DNA of 64,000 nt from Octopus vulgaris (taxonomy: Eukaryota): positions 15,562,001 to 15,626,000 of the forward strand of contig OX597835.1 in NCBI GenBank assembly GCA_951406725.2, in the 5' to 3' direction. Numbering within the stretch: position 1 is the stretch's first letter; every line of letters starts with the position of its first letter. Below the pieces are notes generated by a model. The model saw only the letters and a list, made by a program, of their open reading frames with translations, was not told the DNA's origin and searched no databases. The position numbers and the translations under genes are program-made. This document shows positions 12,880 to 26,490 of this stretch, in pieces.

Positions 12880-13660
12880 CAGTAATCTCAAAAGATCTGG
12901 CTTTGAAGATGCTTGTTCTTTTAATGAAGTGTCCTGTCCATTATGCCTAAGAGGTGTTCAGTCGGGTTCATATCTGGTGACTGGCTTGGCAATTGAAGCT
13001 CTTTAATGGCATTCTCATCCAACAAATCTTGGATCATTTTAGCCGTGTGATAAGGATCCCCATCTTCTATAAATAGTCTTCTTTAATCATTTCACCACTG
13101 GAGAAGATTGGAAGGAGTCCTTTCTTATCTGAGTTTTTGTTTCCCTCACACTCCACCAGCTCTCATAGACCATTGCTCCAAATTGCTCCCCAGACCATCA
13201 CAGAATAGCTGCCATGTTTCATTGTTAGCTGTAATCTTTTTACATCAAATTCTTGGTCAGAGAGTCTCCAGACCCACACTCGACCACTGTCAGAAAATAC
13301 AACAAATCTAGACTCAGGGGAGAATATGACAGTGTCCCAAATGCTAGAGGCTTCTCTTCTCCACCATCTCACTGGCCCAATCTTTTCTCCGCTTGATATT
13401 CGCTGCTATAGTAACCAAGTTTGTGGAGATACTTGACAGCTGTTCTGGGCCTGACATCGTATTCTGCTGTCAGAGGCCTTGGAATGAGGATTATCCTCCA
13501 CACTTCTCTTAAGTAAGAGAAGGGTCCTGTCAGATGGCTGTGGTTGACTTGGGCAAGGTGATGTGGACTCCTTCCCATCTCTGGTGTATTGCACAATCAC
13601 TCTACTAACTGTAGAAAGTGGGATCCCAAAGCTTTCTGTGATTTTATGCTATGTCCACCT
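12880..13660 (-). mobile_element. Tc1/mariner transposase remnant
   Basis: [12 protein letters not shown]...GRVWVWR...[15 protein letters not shown] resembles the Tc1 W..VxFSDESxF and TVKHGGGSVMVWG motifs; disrupted. Confidence 0.85.
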
Positions 13661-14245
13661 TCAGATTGACCCACAGTATGGCTTCTTTTGTACATGACTT
13701 ATTGGTTACAATCAGTATGGAAAGCGGACATTAAATGGTGATATATATATATATATATATATATATGTATAAAGTGGTTGGCATTATGAAGGGCATCCAG
13801 ATGTAGAGGCCATGTCAAAATAGATAATTGGAGCCAGCCTGGACAGTTCTCCAGCTTATTAGCTCCTGTCAAACCATCCAACCCATGCTGGCATGGAAAA
13901 TGGATGCTGAACGATAAAAACAATTCTATATTGAATATTGCTCACCCTTGAAATTGCCTTCTCTTTTGTTGATGTTACCTCCATCTTATTGGTGTTAGGT
14001 AAAGCATCAGTTGCACTTCTTCAATCCGGACGGTTCTGTTTTACCATTATTTGTGAATGTAACATTTCTATATACATATGAAGACCTTTTTAATTTGATG
14101 AAATTTAAAAGGTGTAAGAAATACAGTAAACTTGATTATTCTATGAATCTTAGAAACATTTAGAATATTTAATTTTTTTCAAAATTAAAAGTGGAAAGAT
14201 AAAAGAATAAATAAATCGCTAATTTAATATTTTGTTCTATTCCAG

Positions 14246-14375
14246 AAATATATAATGATCTTAATCAAAGGTTTGTGTGAAGGCACAGGTAGCCTCCTCA
14301 AACAAGACATTGTGACATTCACAGCACTTCTCAAGTCAGCAACAACCCCTGAACACATCACAGAATCTTCTTCAG
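14246..14375 (+). CDS. UBR4: UBR4 exon 3: KYIMILIKGLCEGTGSLLKQDIVTFTALLKSATTPEHITESSS
   Basis: ttccag|...|gtttgt; LIKGLC and TFTA motifs; phase 0 to 1. Confidence 0.92.
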
Positions 14376-15648
14376 GTTTGTGCATCTGTTTATCTCCAAA
14401 ATTATTAAATTTTTTGGTAGTTATTGTTTTGAGTAGTGTTTCATCACAAAGCATTTGAATTAGAAATATACTATCATTTGTATTTGTCATCTGAATAGAG
14501 TTTTTGAGATACAACATAATGATAATAATAATTACTATTCTTTAAAATTTTGCCTAATGATTCTGCTAGCTTGCTGCCATAGCAATAAAAATGATAATGG
14601 TTTCAAATTTTGACACAAGGCCAGCAATTTTAGGGGTAGGGGTAAGTTGATTACTTCAATCTCAATGTTCATCCAAAAAGATGAAAGACAAAGTCTACCT
14701 CAGAATTTGCACTTGGAACGGAATGTATGATGAAATGTCGCTAAGCATTTCGTCTAGTATGCTAACGGTTTTCCCAGCCTGCTACCTTTAATAATGATGA
14801 TGATGTTGAAGACGACGTATGAGTGTTCAGCTTTTGATGAACGACCTACACAAATAATTTGTTTTTAGTGATCAAATGCATATGCCTTACATTAGCTCAC
14901 TCCCTTCATTAAGTCTACAGTACATGGTGTACCACATGTTAGGTGTTGAAGTAATTGCAGAGCAATGAGCTGAAGAGTTTCCCTCAAGAACACAACACCT
15001 GGTCTAGGAATTGAAACCATGATCTCCTCCTACTATAGGCACAAGGCTAGAAGTTTTCTGGGAGAGGTCTAGTTGATTACATTGACCCCCAGTGCTCCTT
15101 TGATACTTATTTCATCAACCCCAAAAGAATGAAAGGCAAAGTAGACCTCTGAGGAATTTGAACTCAGAATGTAAAACAAAATGCTGCTAAGCATTTTGCC
15201 TGACCTGTGCTGCCCTAATAATAATGGACTCTCCCATTGAAGATGAGAGTTCAGCCTTTTTGCCGAATGACCTGCACAAATGATTTGCTTATAGTGATCA
15301 AATGTTCGTGCTGCACATTAGTTTACACTCTCCATCAAATTAATGTCTGAGCAGGTGCACGGTGTACCATGTGTCAGGTGTTGAAGCGATTGCAAAGCAA
15401 TGTGAGATGAAGTGTTTTGCTGAGTCTAGGAATTGAAACCACGATCTCACAATTGTAAGTACAACACCCTAACTGCTAGGCCCTGCGCCCTCACATCTAA
15501 TGATAGTAGTAATAATAATAATATTTTCTGTTTGGTAAAATAAGTACCAGTCATTTACTGGGGTTCTATCAATTGTATCTCAATCTCCATTTCACAAGTT
15601 CTTGCTTTGTTCCAATCATTATTTAATTTTTCCTTTCTTTACTTTCAG

Positions 15649-16030
15649 AAGAAGAACCTGAACCAAAAGAAAGCAAGAGACCCAGGCTAGATTTTGGACA
15701 GAATATTTTTGACCAATTAACCTCTGTCCTTGAGGAAGTAACCCCATTTTCAAGTCACATTTCAAAGTCTGAGGTGCCCGTTGAGACTCTAAATTCTGAT
15801 GGTGACACCACTATTGTCCATGTTGCAGATTCTCTGGAAGAAGTGCAGCTATTATTTGCCAAAAAAAATCTGTCCAACCTTCTTCAACTCAATGGTAGTG
15901 AAATACTTGTGGATGTTTGCTCTCATCTACCACTACTTGCCCGTTATATTCACCGGTGTAGGGAGGCTATCAGTAGCACTTCCTTTGTCCTACCTCTCAC
16001 ATTATCTGAAGCTCTTACAGCTAGAAATAG
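15649..16030 (+). CDS. UBR4: UBR4 exon 4: EEEPEPKESKRPRL...QLTSVL...LQLNGSEILVDVCSHLPLLARYIHRC...ARN
   Basis: actttcag|...|gtaggt; 382 nt open; phase 1 to 2; overlaps ORF 15774. Confidence 0.92.
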
Positions 16031-17051
16031 GTAGGTGCACATCTTTTGTATTTGGTTTATTTAAACAGCCAGTGCTGGTGCCACGTTAAAAGCACCCAGT
16101 CCACTCTGTAAAGTGGTTGGCGTCAGGAAGAGTATCCGGCTGTAAAATCCATGCCAAAACGGACAGTGGAACTCTGTGCAGTTCTCTGGCTTGCCTGCTC
16201 CTGTCAGACTATCCAACCCATGCCAGACGGATGTTAAATGATGATAATGATGAGACATCCAAGGGAAAATATTTTAGCTATTTTGATGATAGTCTCCTGT
16301 AATAAGAGATTCCTTGCTTGTAATATTTTCTTCATATTGTTTGTGTGGTTAAGGTCTCTTTGCAAGCATGTGATTTTGGGTTCAGTGCCCCTGTGTAGCA
16401 CCTTGGGCAAGTCTCTTCTACTATAGCCCTGGGCCAACCAATCCCTTGTAAGTGAATATGGAAACCTGTGTGTTTGTCTTTTCCCACCCCTCAATTAGCA
16501 TTGCTTTATTTATGTCCTTGTAACTTAGTGGTTCAGCAAAAGAGAGTGATAGAATAAATACCAAACTTTAAAAATAAGTACTGGAATTGATTTGTTTGAC
16601 AAAATCCTGCAAGGTGGTGCCCCAGCATGGCTGCAGTCTTATTAACTGAAATGAAAGGTAAAAGATACTCTAACATTGAAAATTTTGTTCTTATCCCCTA
16701 AGGCCTAATTAAGACCTAATATCAGTTAATAGGAAGCTTGCTGGGATATTAGCAAATCTTGTTATGAATGTGGCTCAAGAGAATCTAAATATTTGACTGC
16801 TCTCAAAAATTAAGTAAAAAAAGCAGGAAAAATAATCCAGAATCCTTGTCTGGTACCAGATCGATCCCAAAATCTAATCAGTTTGTGCCAGTCATGAGGC
16901 CAAACATTTCTGAAAGTTCCATCCAAGTCCATCCAGCCGTTCTTGAGATATCTTGTCCACAAACAAACGAACATGACCGAAAGCAATACCTCCGTCTTTG
17001 CTAAGGTGGAGGTGAAAAATAAGCATTACTTTCAATAATGTCAATACTAAA

Positions 17052-17460
17052 GGCGCAGGAGTGGCTGTGTGGTAAGTAGCTTGTTTACCAGCCACATGGT
17101 TCCGGGTTCAGTCCCACTGCGTGGCACCTTGGGCAAGTGTCTTCTACTATAGCCTCGGGCCGACCAAAACTTTGTGAGTGAATTTGGTAGACGGAAACTG
17201 AAAGAAGCCCGTCGTATATATGTATATTTATATATGTGTGTGTGTGTTTGTGTGTCTGTGTTTGTCCCCCTAGCATTGCTTGACAACCGATGCTGGTGTG
17301 TTTATGTCCCCGTTACTTAGCGGTTTGGCAAAAGAGAGACCGATAGAATAAGTACTGGGCTTACAAAAGAATAAGTCCCAGGGGTCGAGTTGCTCGACTA
17401 AAGGCGGTGCTCCAGCATGGCCGCAGTCAAATGACTGAAACAAGTAAAACAGTAAACAGT
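17052..17460 (+). mobile_element. Full-length tRNA-derived SINE family A
   Basis: ggcgcaggagtggctgtgtggtaag...ggttcagtccc head, internal TA/TG microsatellite, tail gactgaaacaagtaaaa; near-identical to the 26078 and 42935 copies. Confidence 0.9.
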
Positions 17461-17546
17461 AAAGGGTTAAATGCTAGAGAGTTGAAAAAAAAATTACTAT
17501 AAAAAAAGAAAGAAACCCTTTTTGATTTTATGCTATCTTTTTTCAG

Positions 17547-17790
17547 CTATCCATCCCTGCTAAATGATGTGCTAATTGTGTGGCGAGCCTTTAGTCTACC
17601 AGTGCTGGAGCCATTAACTCCACGGCAACTCGAAAAAATCACCATAGTCACTTTAGGTTGCCTTTATAGTTCAATTGTTGTGGCAATTTCAAACACCATC
17701 GTTAACCTCGCTAGTGCAGTTCCAATGAAAAATCCTGCAAACAAAGATGAAGAACTGGACAATTGTGGAATGACCATTGTTCAAAAAACT
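17547..17790 (+). CDS. UBR4: UBR4 exon 5: SYPSLLNDVLIVWRAFSLPVLEPLTPRQL...MTIVQKT
   Basis: tttcag|...|gtaagt; SLPVLEPL and TIVQK conserved; phase 2 to 0. Confidence 0.95.
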
Positions 17791-19455
17791 GTAAGTTTTC
17801 CTCGTTTTGCGTAAATGTTAACAAATATCGGCAATGAGATCACACGGAATATTTATTATTTTGTTAAAAGTGCATTCTGTAGTTAATGCTTCCTTCACTT
17901 CCTTGCCCCAAAACTGATATTCACTGCATCTGCCTCAATCCCTATCTCTGCTCATCTGTCTTTTTTTTTTTTTTTTTTTTTTCCCCCACACATCTAATGT
18001 CCTTATCTACCTATCCACCTTTTCTTTTTAAATGAAAAGTAATTTCCTGTTTTACAAAAAAAAAAACGAATTCAACAAAATATTTGAAGTTTAAATTTTT
18101 CTAAAAAAAAAAAATTTTTTTTAAATTGTCGTTTGACAGAATTTTGAGAACTTCAAAAGTTCTAGAATCAAAGAAATAAAAATTTTAAATTGGCATTTTG
18201 TTGCACCTTTTGAAAAGCTCATTTCATTCCTCTCTTCCTTATGCTCTCTCATAGTCACCTTGTACCTTGAGGGTATGCTCTCACCATTTCTCTCTCTTTC
18301 TAGCTGGGGATGCTATGTATTCACCTTGTTCCTGTTCCCCTACCATCCTTTTAAATCCTGCAATACTAGGCCCCACTTAATTGCAAGTACTTTGCTATCT
18401 CACTAGTACTGATGCCATGAAAAGCATCTAGTACACTCTGTAAAGTGATTGATATTAGAAATGGCATCCAGCTATAGAAACCCTGCCAAAGCAGAAACTA
18501 GAGCTTAGTGCACCCCTCTGTTTTGTTGGTTCATGTCAAATGTCCAGGACATGCCAACATGGAAAGAGGATGTTAACGCTTTTGTTGCCATATTTCTGTT
18601 GAGATGCTCTGTGTTTCTTTCAATATAATAAAGAATTTAGTAAAATAACTTAGTTATCATTAAGCTAGTGTTAGGAACATAAATTTGGTGGAAGATCTTA
18701 ATTCAAAACTTTAGTAAACAAGACATTTGCACTACAGAACCAGAAGCTGTTTCAGGCGGGTTGGTCTTAAAAGGCCTAAATGATGTAGATCTTTTAGAAG
18801 TAAATTGACCGCTTATTAATTTTCATTTCTTAATTGTTTTGGTTAAGCTAATTAGAAAATTAATAAATTTTCTAATTGTAAAATATGTATAAACCTATTT
18901 GACCAAAAGCAGTTTTTTGGTACTTCATGTAAACATTAAATTTTTTTTGGAATACATGTTAGAATGGTAAATTAGGTGTTAAAAATGTAAATAGAAAACG
19001 GCTAAAAAATTGATAAAGTATATAACATTTTTAGATGTTGGAAGTAATTATCCAATAGTTTTTTTTTTTCTTAAAAAAAAAAAGAAAACTCAATTCAAAG
19101 TAGCTTTGCTCTTGTAATTGTTTCAGCCTGCAAATTATTTTAGAAGTTATATAGCATATCCTCTACTGTCTTTTCATGTCATTAAATCATTTTAGTACTT
19201 ATGTAAAATGTTAATCTGAATTTCCTGTTTGTTGTGTAATAAAGCTAAAATAACGGAACATTCTGTGAGATATATGTATAAATAAATAAAAGGATCATTT
19301 TGATAAATTTTGTTCAGTGTGGAATTATCATTTTGTATAATGTAGTTACAAAAAAGTACATGAAGCTGGACTAAAATCTTAGACTAGTGATTGTTTGTAT
19401 ATTTGTTCACATAATTCAACTTCCTCATTTTGAAAACCTGATTTATTTTTTACAG

Positions 19456-19515
19456 CTTGAAATTGTTAACATCGTCTCATCTGTGATTAGAAATTCCACC
19501 CGAGCTGGTGGACAT
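19456..19515 (+). CDS. UBR4: UBR4 exon 6: LEIVNIVSSVIRNSTRAGGH
   Basis: ttttacag|...|gtaagt; LEI...RAGG conserved; 60 nt. Confidence 0.92.
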
Positions 19516-19814
19516 GTAAGTTGAAAACTTTATTTTGTTGGATTTAATCTTAGAATATATTTAACTCTTGGGAATCATCAAGATGACCTGGCAATTTTTA
19601 TGCAATAAATAAATGCTGGCACCACATAAGAAGCACCCAATACACTCTGTAAAGTGGTTGGTATTAGGAAGCACATCCAGCTGTAGAAACCTTGCCAAAC
19701 AGACTAGAGCCTGGTATAGCCTTCTGGTTTGCCAGCTTGTGTCAGACTATCCAACCCATGCTGGTGTGGAAAATGGATGTTAAATGATGATAATGAAAGC
19801 CAAAAAAAAAAAAA

Positions 19815-20620
19815 GCTAATCCATAGACTTACACCACCACCTATGTTCTCTCGCTCTGGAGAAATTCAGTGAAAACTATGTTGTTGCTTTTGACATCAGC
19901 AAAATTTCAGTTATGTCTGGTATGAAAATCTTGAAATTGCCTGCTTCTGGGCTCAGTTGGTCTCTTGTTTGTTGTATGTAACTGCCTATGAGATGTCCAA
20001 ACATACGTCATCCATATAAGACCAAGACACTAATCGCCAAACCAGCACCAATTCTTTTCACACAGACCTTTGAAAAAAATTCTTTTAATGAGAACAATTC
20101 AGTCTTGTCTCTGTCATGAACAACAAATCACAAATGCTATTTGTATCGGAAAACATTGCATGCTACTCCTAAATATGAGCAACTTGGGCCTTGCTGATCA
20201 TTTCAATTGTTGGGTCTCACTATCACCAGTCTGGGATCTCTCTGAGTAAAAGCTCATCCTGAGCACAGCTTAGACTGTCTCCCAATGACTGGCCTCGTTC
20301 TTCAGGGCCAGAAGACATTTCAATCCCTGACAATTATTGACGCTCTACAATGCTCAGGTGCGGCCTGTAAATGGAGTATTGCTCCCAAGATACTAGTGTG
20401 GCTTAAATCTACCTCCAGTTTAAGGGAACCTGAAATGGTATATGCCAAATAACATGACAGTTTTGAGGATCACGACTCATTACTTCAGTGATTCAACTGA
20501 ATTGAATCACTTTGCTTCATCAAAGAATAAAGCTTTTAGTTATTTGTACTCTGTGGCATTCATACTGGGTGCATACTGACCACATCCGACAGTTGGCTGC
20601 TGTCAAGGCTATAATGGATA
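19815..20620 (+). mobile_element. Degenerate CR1/L2/Jockey-group LINE RT remnant
   Basis: Peptide traces VVAFDISK and LLTLYNAQVRPV-MEYCS; heavily decayed, boundaries approximate. Confidence 0.6.
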
Positions 20621-20865
20621 CCCAGCCTGGTTCCACTGTCAAAGACCATTGATGCAGGGCTCCGATTGTGCTTTTACATTTTCCTTTACCATTGCCAGTC
20701 ACATCTTCAGTTGATCTCCAGCTAGTTTGCACCAGCCTGGGAGGGGAGCCGGGTTGCCAGGGAACATTATTTTACGTGTATAGAAGGCAAAAATGTGAAT
20801 CTCTATGTTGACTATAAATGTATTTTATAGCAGAGTTTATTTTTCTGTGAAATATGTCATTTTAG

Positions 20866-21041
20866 GTGGTACAGAACTTGCATATGATGGCTGCCTGGTT
20901 ACTACTGAAAGGGTTACAGAGCATTTTATCTCTGACTCTCTACGTCATACTTGAGCGCAAAGATTCTACACGGACCAAAAGCCAAGATTCTCAAAAAAGT
21001 TCTAAAGAATCTCAAAATATTCGACCAGCTTCTGCAAAGAG
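20866..21041 (+). CDS. UBR4: UBR4 exon 7: VVQNLHMMAAWLLLKGLQSILSL...RPASAK
   Basis: ttttag|...|gtaaga; QN...AWxLL conserved; phase 0 to 2. Confidence 0.9.
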
Positions 21042-21139
21042 GTAAGACTTCTAGTTTTTGGTATTTAAAGGTGTTTTAATTCATTTGATTTAAAAATATT
21101 TTATGGTCAATACTTTTTTTATTTTCTTAATTTTTCCAG

Positions 21140-21242
21140 TTTTCAAGGATTTGGAGTTTTGTCTGTTGCTTTAGCATCAAATGCGATCCAGCTGCTTTCA
21201 AAATTACTTGATGATTTGCAAGTTGAAGGGAATGTGGTCAAG
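21140..21242 (+). CDS. UBR4: UBR4 exon 8: SFQGFGVLSVALASNAIQLLSKLLDDLQVEGNVVK
   Basis: tttttccag|...|gtctgt (weak donor); QGFGVLSV and DLQVE conserved. Confidence 0.88.
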
Positions 21243-21499
21243 GTCTGTGATGAGTTTACTTAATTATACTTCCTTTATAATGAAATTTACTTCTCTTTTA
21301 CAATTATCCAAACTTTCTTCCATTTTTTATTAACCACTGCTTTTATTTTCTTTGGATGAATTTCACATTGTAGGAATGAAATACTTAATCCATAATTGTT
21401 AGTCCAACAGAGTATATTTTGTTTTGCCTGTGGTTTTTTCATGCAGGGGTCCGTTCTGATGTTGGGCAGTTTTTTTTTTCTTTCTGGTTGTGTCATAAC

Positions 21500-21875
21500 A
21501 GGTTAAGGGTTCTTTGGGCAGGTTGTTGGTCTTCTGCAGAATAGTTGGATGATAGAGTTGCTATCTTGGCAACAAGCCAATGTGCTGTGGGTCACCAATA
21601 GTCTGGAACCTCCTCAGGATACTGGCCCATCTATGATGGTCGCACCAGAAGCAAAGGTCCTGATGGTAATGCTTGCTCAGATCTATCTATGGAACATGCA
21701 AGCCCTCCTTGTCATGGCATGGTCAGACCCTGGAGGGGATGCAGATGGGCTGGCAAGGGACCACCAGTGATGGGCAGCACTGGTGGACCCGGTCTGCTTT
21801 ATGCATATTGATGTTTCGGGGACCACTAACCTGGGATGACCCCAGCCCCTTCAAGCAAGAGCAAGAAGCATAACT
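21500..21875 (+). mobile_element. Probable LINE 3'-end remnant (RTE-like)
   Basis: GC-richer block ending in a caagcaagagcaag tail; C-terminal LARDH-W-like trace; family uncertain. Confidence 0.4.
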
Positions 21876-22410
21876 TTTCAAGCACTAAAGAACAGTATTT
21901 AGTTGCTGAAGCGCCATAGGTGAAACAAAATATATATATTTTATTGGCTCTCAAACTTATCTTTGAGTACTTTATTCTCAGATAAAGCTTCATTTGAACT
22001 TGTCACTCTTGGAATATAAGTGGGAATATTTTACTTTTTCTCTGGAATCTTTTCCTATATTTTATTTAAACTCTTCAGAAGCATTCCGATTACTCTGTCA
22101 AATGTGATGTGTATTTATTCATTGTTTTGAATGTATCATGCATTACCTTGTAGCTTTGAGATTTCAATGATCTAGTTTATTTTTAGAATAACATTGTAGG
22201 ATAGGTGTGAAAGACCAGATCTAGTTAGTTTGAGTAGCTAAAATATTTGGGCCAGATATGGCCAGTTTAAATGCTAAAGGGTCAATACAGGATTTCTATT
22301 ATTTTTTCTTGATGAATTGATACTTATATCTTTGTTAGATAAGGGGGTCTTTCTCTCTGCCCTACCTCCCCCGTTATAAAAGAGACTAAATTCTTTGATT
22401 TAAATTTCAG

Positions 22411-22539
22411 GAGAAAGATGATGAAATGAAAACCAGCATTACAGCTGGATTTACTGCTTGGCAGAGAGTGCACAAGCTAACATGCTGTATCAATTTAACT
22501 GACTTGTTGTTCAACTTGGTAACAGTCTCGTTTAGAAAG
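22411..22539 (+). CDS. UBR4: UBR4 exon 9: EKDDEMKTSITAGFTAWQRVHKL...LVTVSFRK
   Basis: atttcag|...|gttagt; phase 0 to 0. Confidence 0.9.
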
Positions 22540-22670
22540 GTTAGTAGTTTTAAATTTCATAATGTCAGTTATGCTTTTCACCTTTCACATTTTATTTATT
22601 ATGTAAAGAATAATTAATAATAACTGTATTAATTTTTAAACAATTACATTAATTAAAAATATAATTTCAG

Positions 22671-22797
22671 GCTTCATCTCTCAAGAGACAAAAGCAAGGA
22701 TCAGAGACATCTGAAACAAGCAGCAGTAGCACATCTGATTCTAACACTTATTATGAGGACGACTTCAGCAGTTCAGAAGACAGCAGTGAAGAAGAAG
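22671..22797 (+). CDS. UBR4: UBR4 exon 10: ASSLKRQKQG...DSNTYYEDDFSSSEDSSEEE
   Basis: atttcag|...|gtttga; DSNTYYEDDFSS matches recalled human sequence. Confidence 0.95.
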
Positions 22798-23892
22798 GTT
22801 TGATTTGTTTCAAAATTAATAAAAGTCTCTATCTTTTGGTGGGCACTATAAACACAAATAGCCAAATGATTGCTGAGGTGTCTGTCTTCACTATTGATTC
22901 TTTTGAGACTTTGCTCTCTTGTAACCATTGTCTAAACAGTCTCACTTCAAATCTTTTCTGGTTTGCTTGAAGCCACCACGAACTACTCCATGGCATTATC
23001 TTACCACTTGTTTTAGTTATTGGACTGCAATCATGCTGGGGTTTTACTTTGAAGGGTTTAGTCGAACAAATCCTCCCCACTCCCCACAATTATTTTTTAA
23101 AGCCCAATATTCTTTTGGTCTCTTTTGCTGGACTGATGAGTTATGGGGATGTAAATAAACAAACACTGGTTATTTAGCAGTGATGGGGGTGACAAAGTAC
23201 AAAGACACATGGGTACACACGCACACACATAGATGATTGGCTTCTTTCCATCTATCAAATCCACTCAACAACACTTTGGTTGCCCAAAGTGCTGTGCAGT
23301 GGGACTGAACCCAAGGTCACGTGGTTATGAAACAAGCTTCTTAACCATACAACTGCGCTTGCTGAAAAAAAAGCTGCAATAATTATGCACCAACCCAATA
23401 TATTTTTTATTTGAATTTTAAAATATAAATTTTTTATTCTGAATTTTAATATTTCAATGCTCAGTTTTACTACCATGAACTTTACTTGCAATATTGTTAA
23501 TTTAAAAATGAAAAGTATCAGTTTCTGAGGAATTGGTAATAAAATTGAAATATATATTTTCTTGGCTTCTTTCAATATCTGCCTGTGCTTTATAACACTC
23601 CTAGATATTATTAAGATTATGAATTGATATTTACAGCACTTTCATTACTATTCTCAAAAGTTTAACTATATAAGTCAATAACAGTTTTATAAAATCAGCC
23701 TCATTTAACGTCCGCTTTCCATGCTGACATGGGTTAGATGGTTTGCTTGGAACCAGTAAGCTGGAGGGCTACACAAGGTTCCAGTCTGCTTTGGCATGGT
23801 TTCTATGGTTGGATGCCCTTTCTAACACCAACCACCCATTCCATCAGTGTAATGGGTGCTTTTTACATGCTACCAGCACAAGTGCCATTTAA

Positions 23893-24113
23893 CCCTTTCA
23901 TTACTGTATTTATTTTGAGATGTTCTGTGTTTCTTTCAATTATTTTAAATATAACAAAGAATTTAGTAAAATAACTTAGTTATCATTCAGCTAGTGTTAG
24001 GAACATAAATTGCAACTAAGGTTTGGTGGAAGATTTTAATTCAAAACTTATGAAAACAAGACATTTGTACTACAGAACCAGAGCCAGTTTTGGCCGGGTT
24101 GGTAATGAAAGGG
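23893..24113. mobile_element. piggyBac-like MITE family C2
   Basis: TTAA at 23889-23892 and 24114-24117; TIR CCCTTTCATTAC / GTAATGAAAGGG; related copies near 7455-7680, 18572-18780 and 63622-63850. Confidence 0.88.
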
Positions 24114-24529
24114 TTAAATGACACCGGCAATGGCCACAACTTCACTGGCGCCATTCATATGACACTGGCAACAGCCAGGACTATGATTTCACAGCATATC
24201 ACCAAAGGTCTTGGTCACTTGTCATCATCTCTGTGAGACCCAACATTCAAAGATCGTCATGCCACCAGCAATGGCCACTATGCTAAAAGTAAATCTGTAT
24301 ATATTGCACTTTGTCAGACTCAAAACAGGGCATGGTTATGGTTTGCTAAGTCTTTGAAAAATTCTTATAATCTCTTTTTATTAGAGCTATATGTTGAAGA
24401 AGTGGCTTAGGGAAGGCTCTATGATTTAGAATAATCTGTTTCCTATTTTCAATTGAGTTTTGACAATATTTAGCAATGTTAGATTTTTGGAAGATATTTT
24501 GGGTACAGTTAAAAAATTTTTTTGAATGT

Positions 24530-24920
24530 GTAGGCATGGCTGTGTGGTAAGAAGCTTGCTTTCAAGTCACATGTTTCTCGGTTCAGCCCCACTGCGAGGC
24601 ATTTTGGGCAAGTGTCTTCTACTATAGCCACAGGCTGACCAAAGCCTTGTGAATGGATTTGGTAGACGGAAACTGAAAAAAACCTGGTGTGTGTGTGTGT
24701 GTGTTTTTGTGTCAGTGTTTGTGTCCTCCTCCCACCACTTGACAACGGTGTTGGTGTGTCTACATCCCTGTAACTTAGCAGTTCAGCAAAAGAGAACGAT
24801 AGAACAAGTACCAGGCTTACAAAAAAAGAAAAAAGTCCTAGATTCGATTTGTTTGACTAAAACCATTGAAGGTGGTGCTCCAGCCTGGCTGCAGTCATAT
24901 GACTGAAACAAGCAAAAGAT
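24530..24920 (+). mobile_element. SINE family A (older copy)
   Basis: Same head and tail blocks as the 17052 copy, with more substitutions. Confidence 0.8.
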
Positions 24921-26077
24921 AAAACAAAAATGAAGTCACCATTGCTATCAATTTTGCTGCGTTCCACTTTGCTACACAACTTAGTCGTTTCTTTTGTTAT
25001 TGATTACTGTGGAGGCAATAAAGATGGATTTTTTCCATTGTGTAGTATGCTTCACTGACTTAAATTTATTATGAGATATTTACAATGCACCTCGGTATTA
25101 GTAAGCCAGAATAAAATAGTGTTTTATTGAGTAGAAACGAAAATGTAATTATTTATGCATAGTGTCTCAGAATGAAAGGAAAATAGGTTAACAGTTTGAA
25201 GTGTCAGTTTGTGCTGTGATTTAACCCATTAGCATTTAAAGTGGCCATGTCCGGCATAAATATTTCAGCTGTTTTATGTTAAGACGGGTCAGCTCTAGCC
25301 TCTCACACCTCCTTTTAATGTCAGTCTGAAAATAGCTAATCACATCATTGAAACCTTGTGGCTTTGAGGTTTCAGTGATGTGATTAGCTTTGATTAATTT
25401 GAAACAATGTGGACAAAGAAGCATTGCATAGGTGCGGGTGTGGCTGTGTGGTAAGAAGCTTGTTTCTCAACCACATGGTTCCAGGTTCATTCCCACTGTG
25501 TGGCACCTTGGGCAAATGTCTACTATAACCTCTGGCTGACCAAAGCCTTGTGAGTGGATTTGCTTGAAAGAAACTGAGTGAAGCCCATCATGTGTATATA
25601 TATATATATACACACACACACAGTCTTGTTTACTTGTTTCAGTCATTTGACTGTGGCCATGCTGGAGCACTGCCTTTAGTTAAACAAATCGACCCCAGTA
25701 CTTATTCTGTCGGTATCTTTTGCATATATACAATGTTTATGTATGTATGTATGCATTTGTGTGCCTGTGTTTGCCCCCCCCCCCCCCCCGACCATCACTT
25801 GATAACTGATGCTGGTGTGTTTATGTCCCTGTAATTTAGTGCTTCACCAAAAGAAATCGATAGAATAAGTGCTAGGCTTGCAAAGAATAAGTCCTGGGTT
25901 CGATTTCTTTGACTAAAACCCCTTTAAGACGGTGCCCCAGCATGGCCACAGTCAATTGACTGAAACAAGTAAAAGAATAAAAGAATTACATTTTACAGAA
26001 TAATCTGAATGCTGCAGAGTTTAAGAAAATACTATTCTATCCAGTGATAAATATAATTTTTGAGATTTATAAAAAAG

Positions 26078-26241
26078 GCGCAGGAGTGGCTGTGTGGTAA
26101 GTAGCTTGCTAACCAACCACATGGTTCCGTGTTCAGTCCCACTGCATGACATCTTGGGCAAGTGTCTTCTGCTATAGCCCCGGGCCGACCAATGCCTTGT
26201 GAGTGGATATGGTAGACGGAAACTGAAAGAAGCCCGTCGTA

Positions 26242-26282
<41 letters not shown>

Positions 26283-26490
26283 TTGTGTGTCTGTGTTTGT
26301 CCCCCTAGCATTGCTTGACAACTGATGCTGATGTGTTTATGTCCCCCGTAACTTAGCTGTTCGGCAAAAGAGACCGATAGAATAAGTACTAGGCTTACAA
26401 AGAATGTCCCGGGGTCAATTTGCTTGACTAAAGGCGGTGCTCCAGCATGGCCGCAGTCAAATGACTGAAACAAGTAAAAGAGTTAAGAGT
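26078..26490 (+). mobile_element. Full-length SINE family A
   Basis: Near-identical to 17052-17460. Confidence 0.9.
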
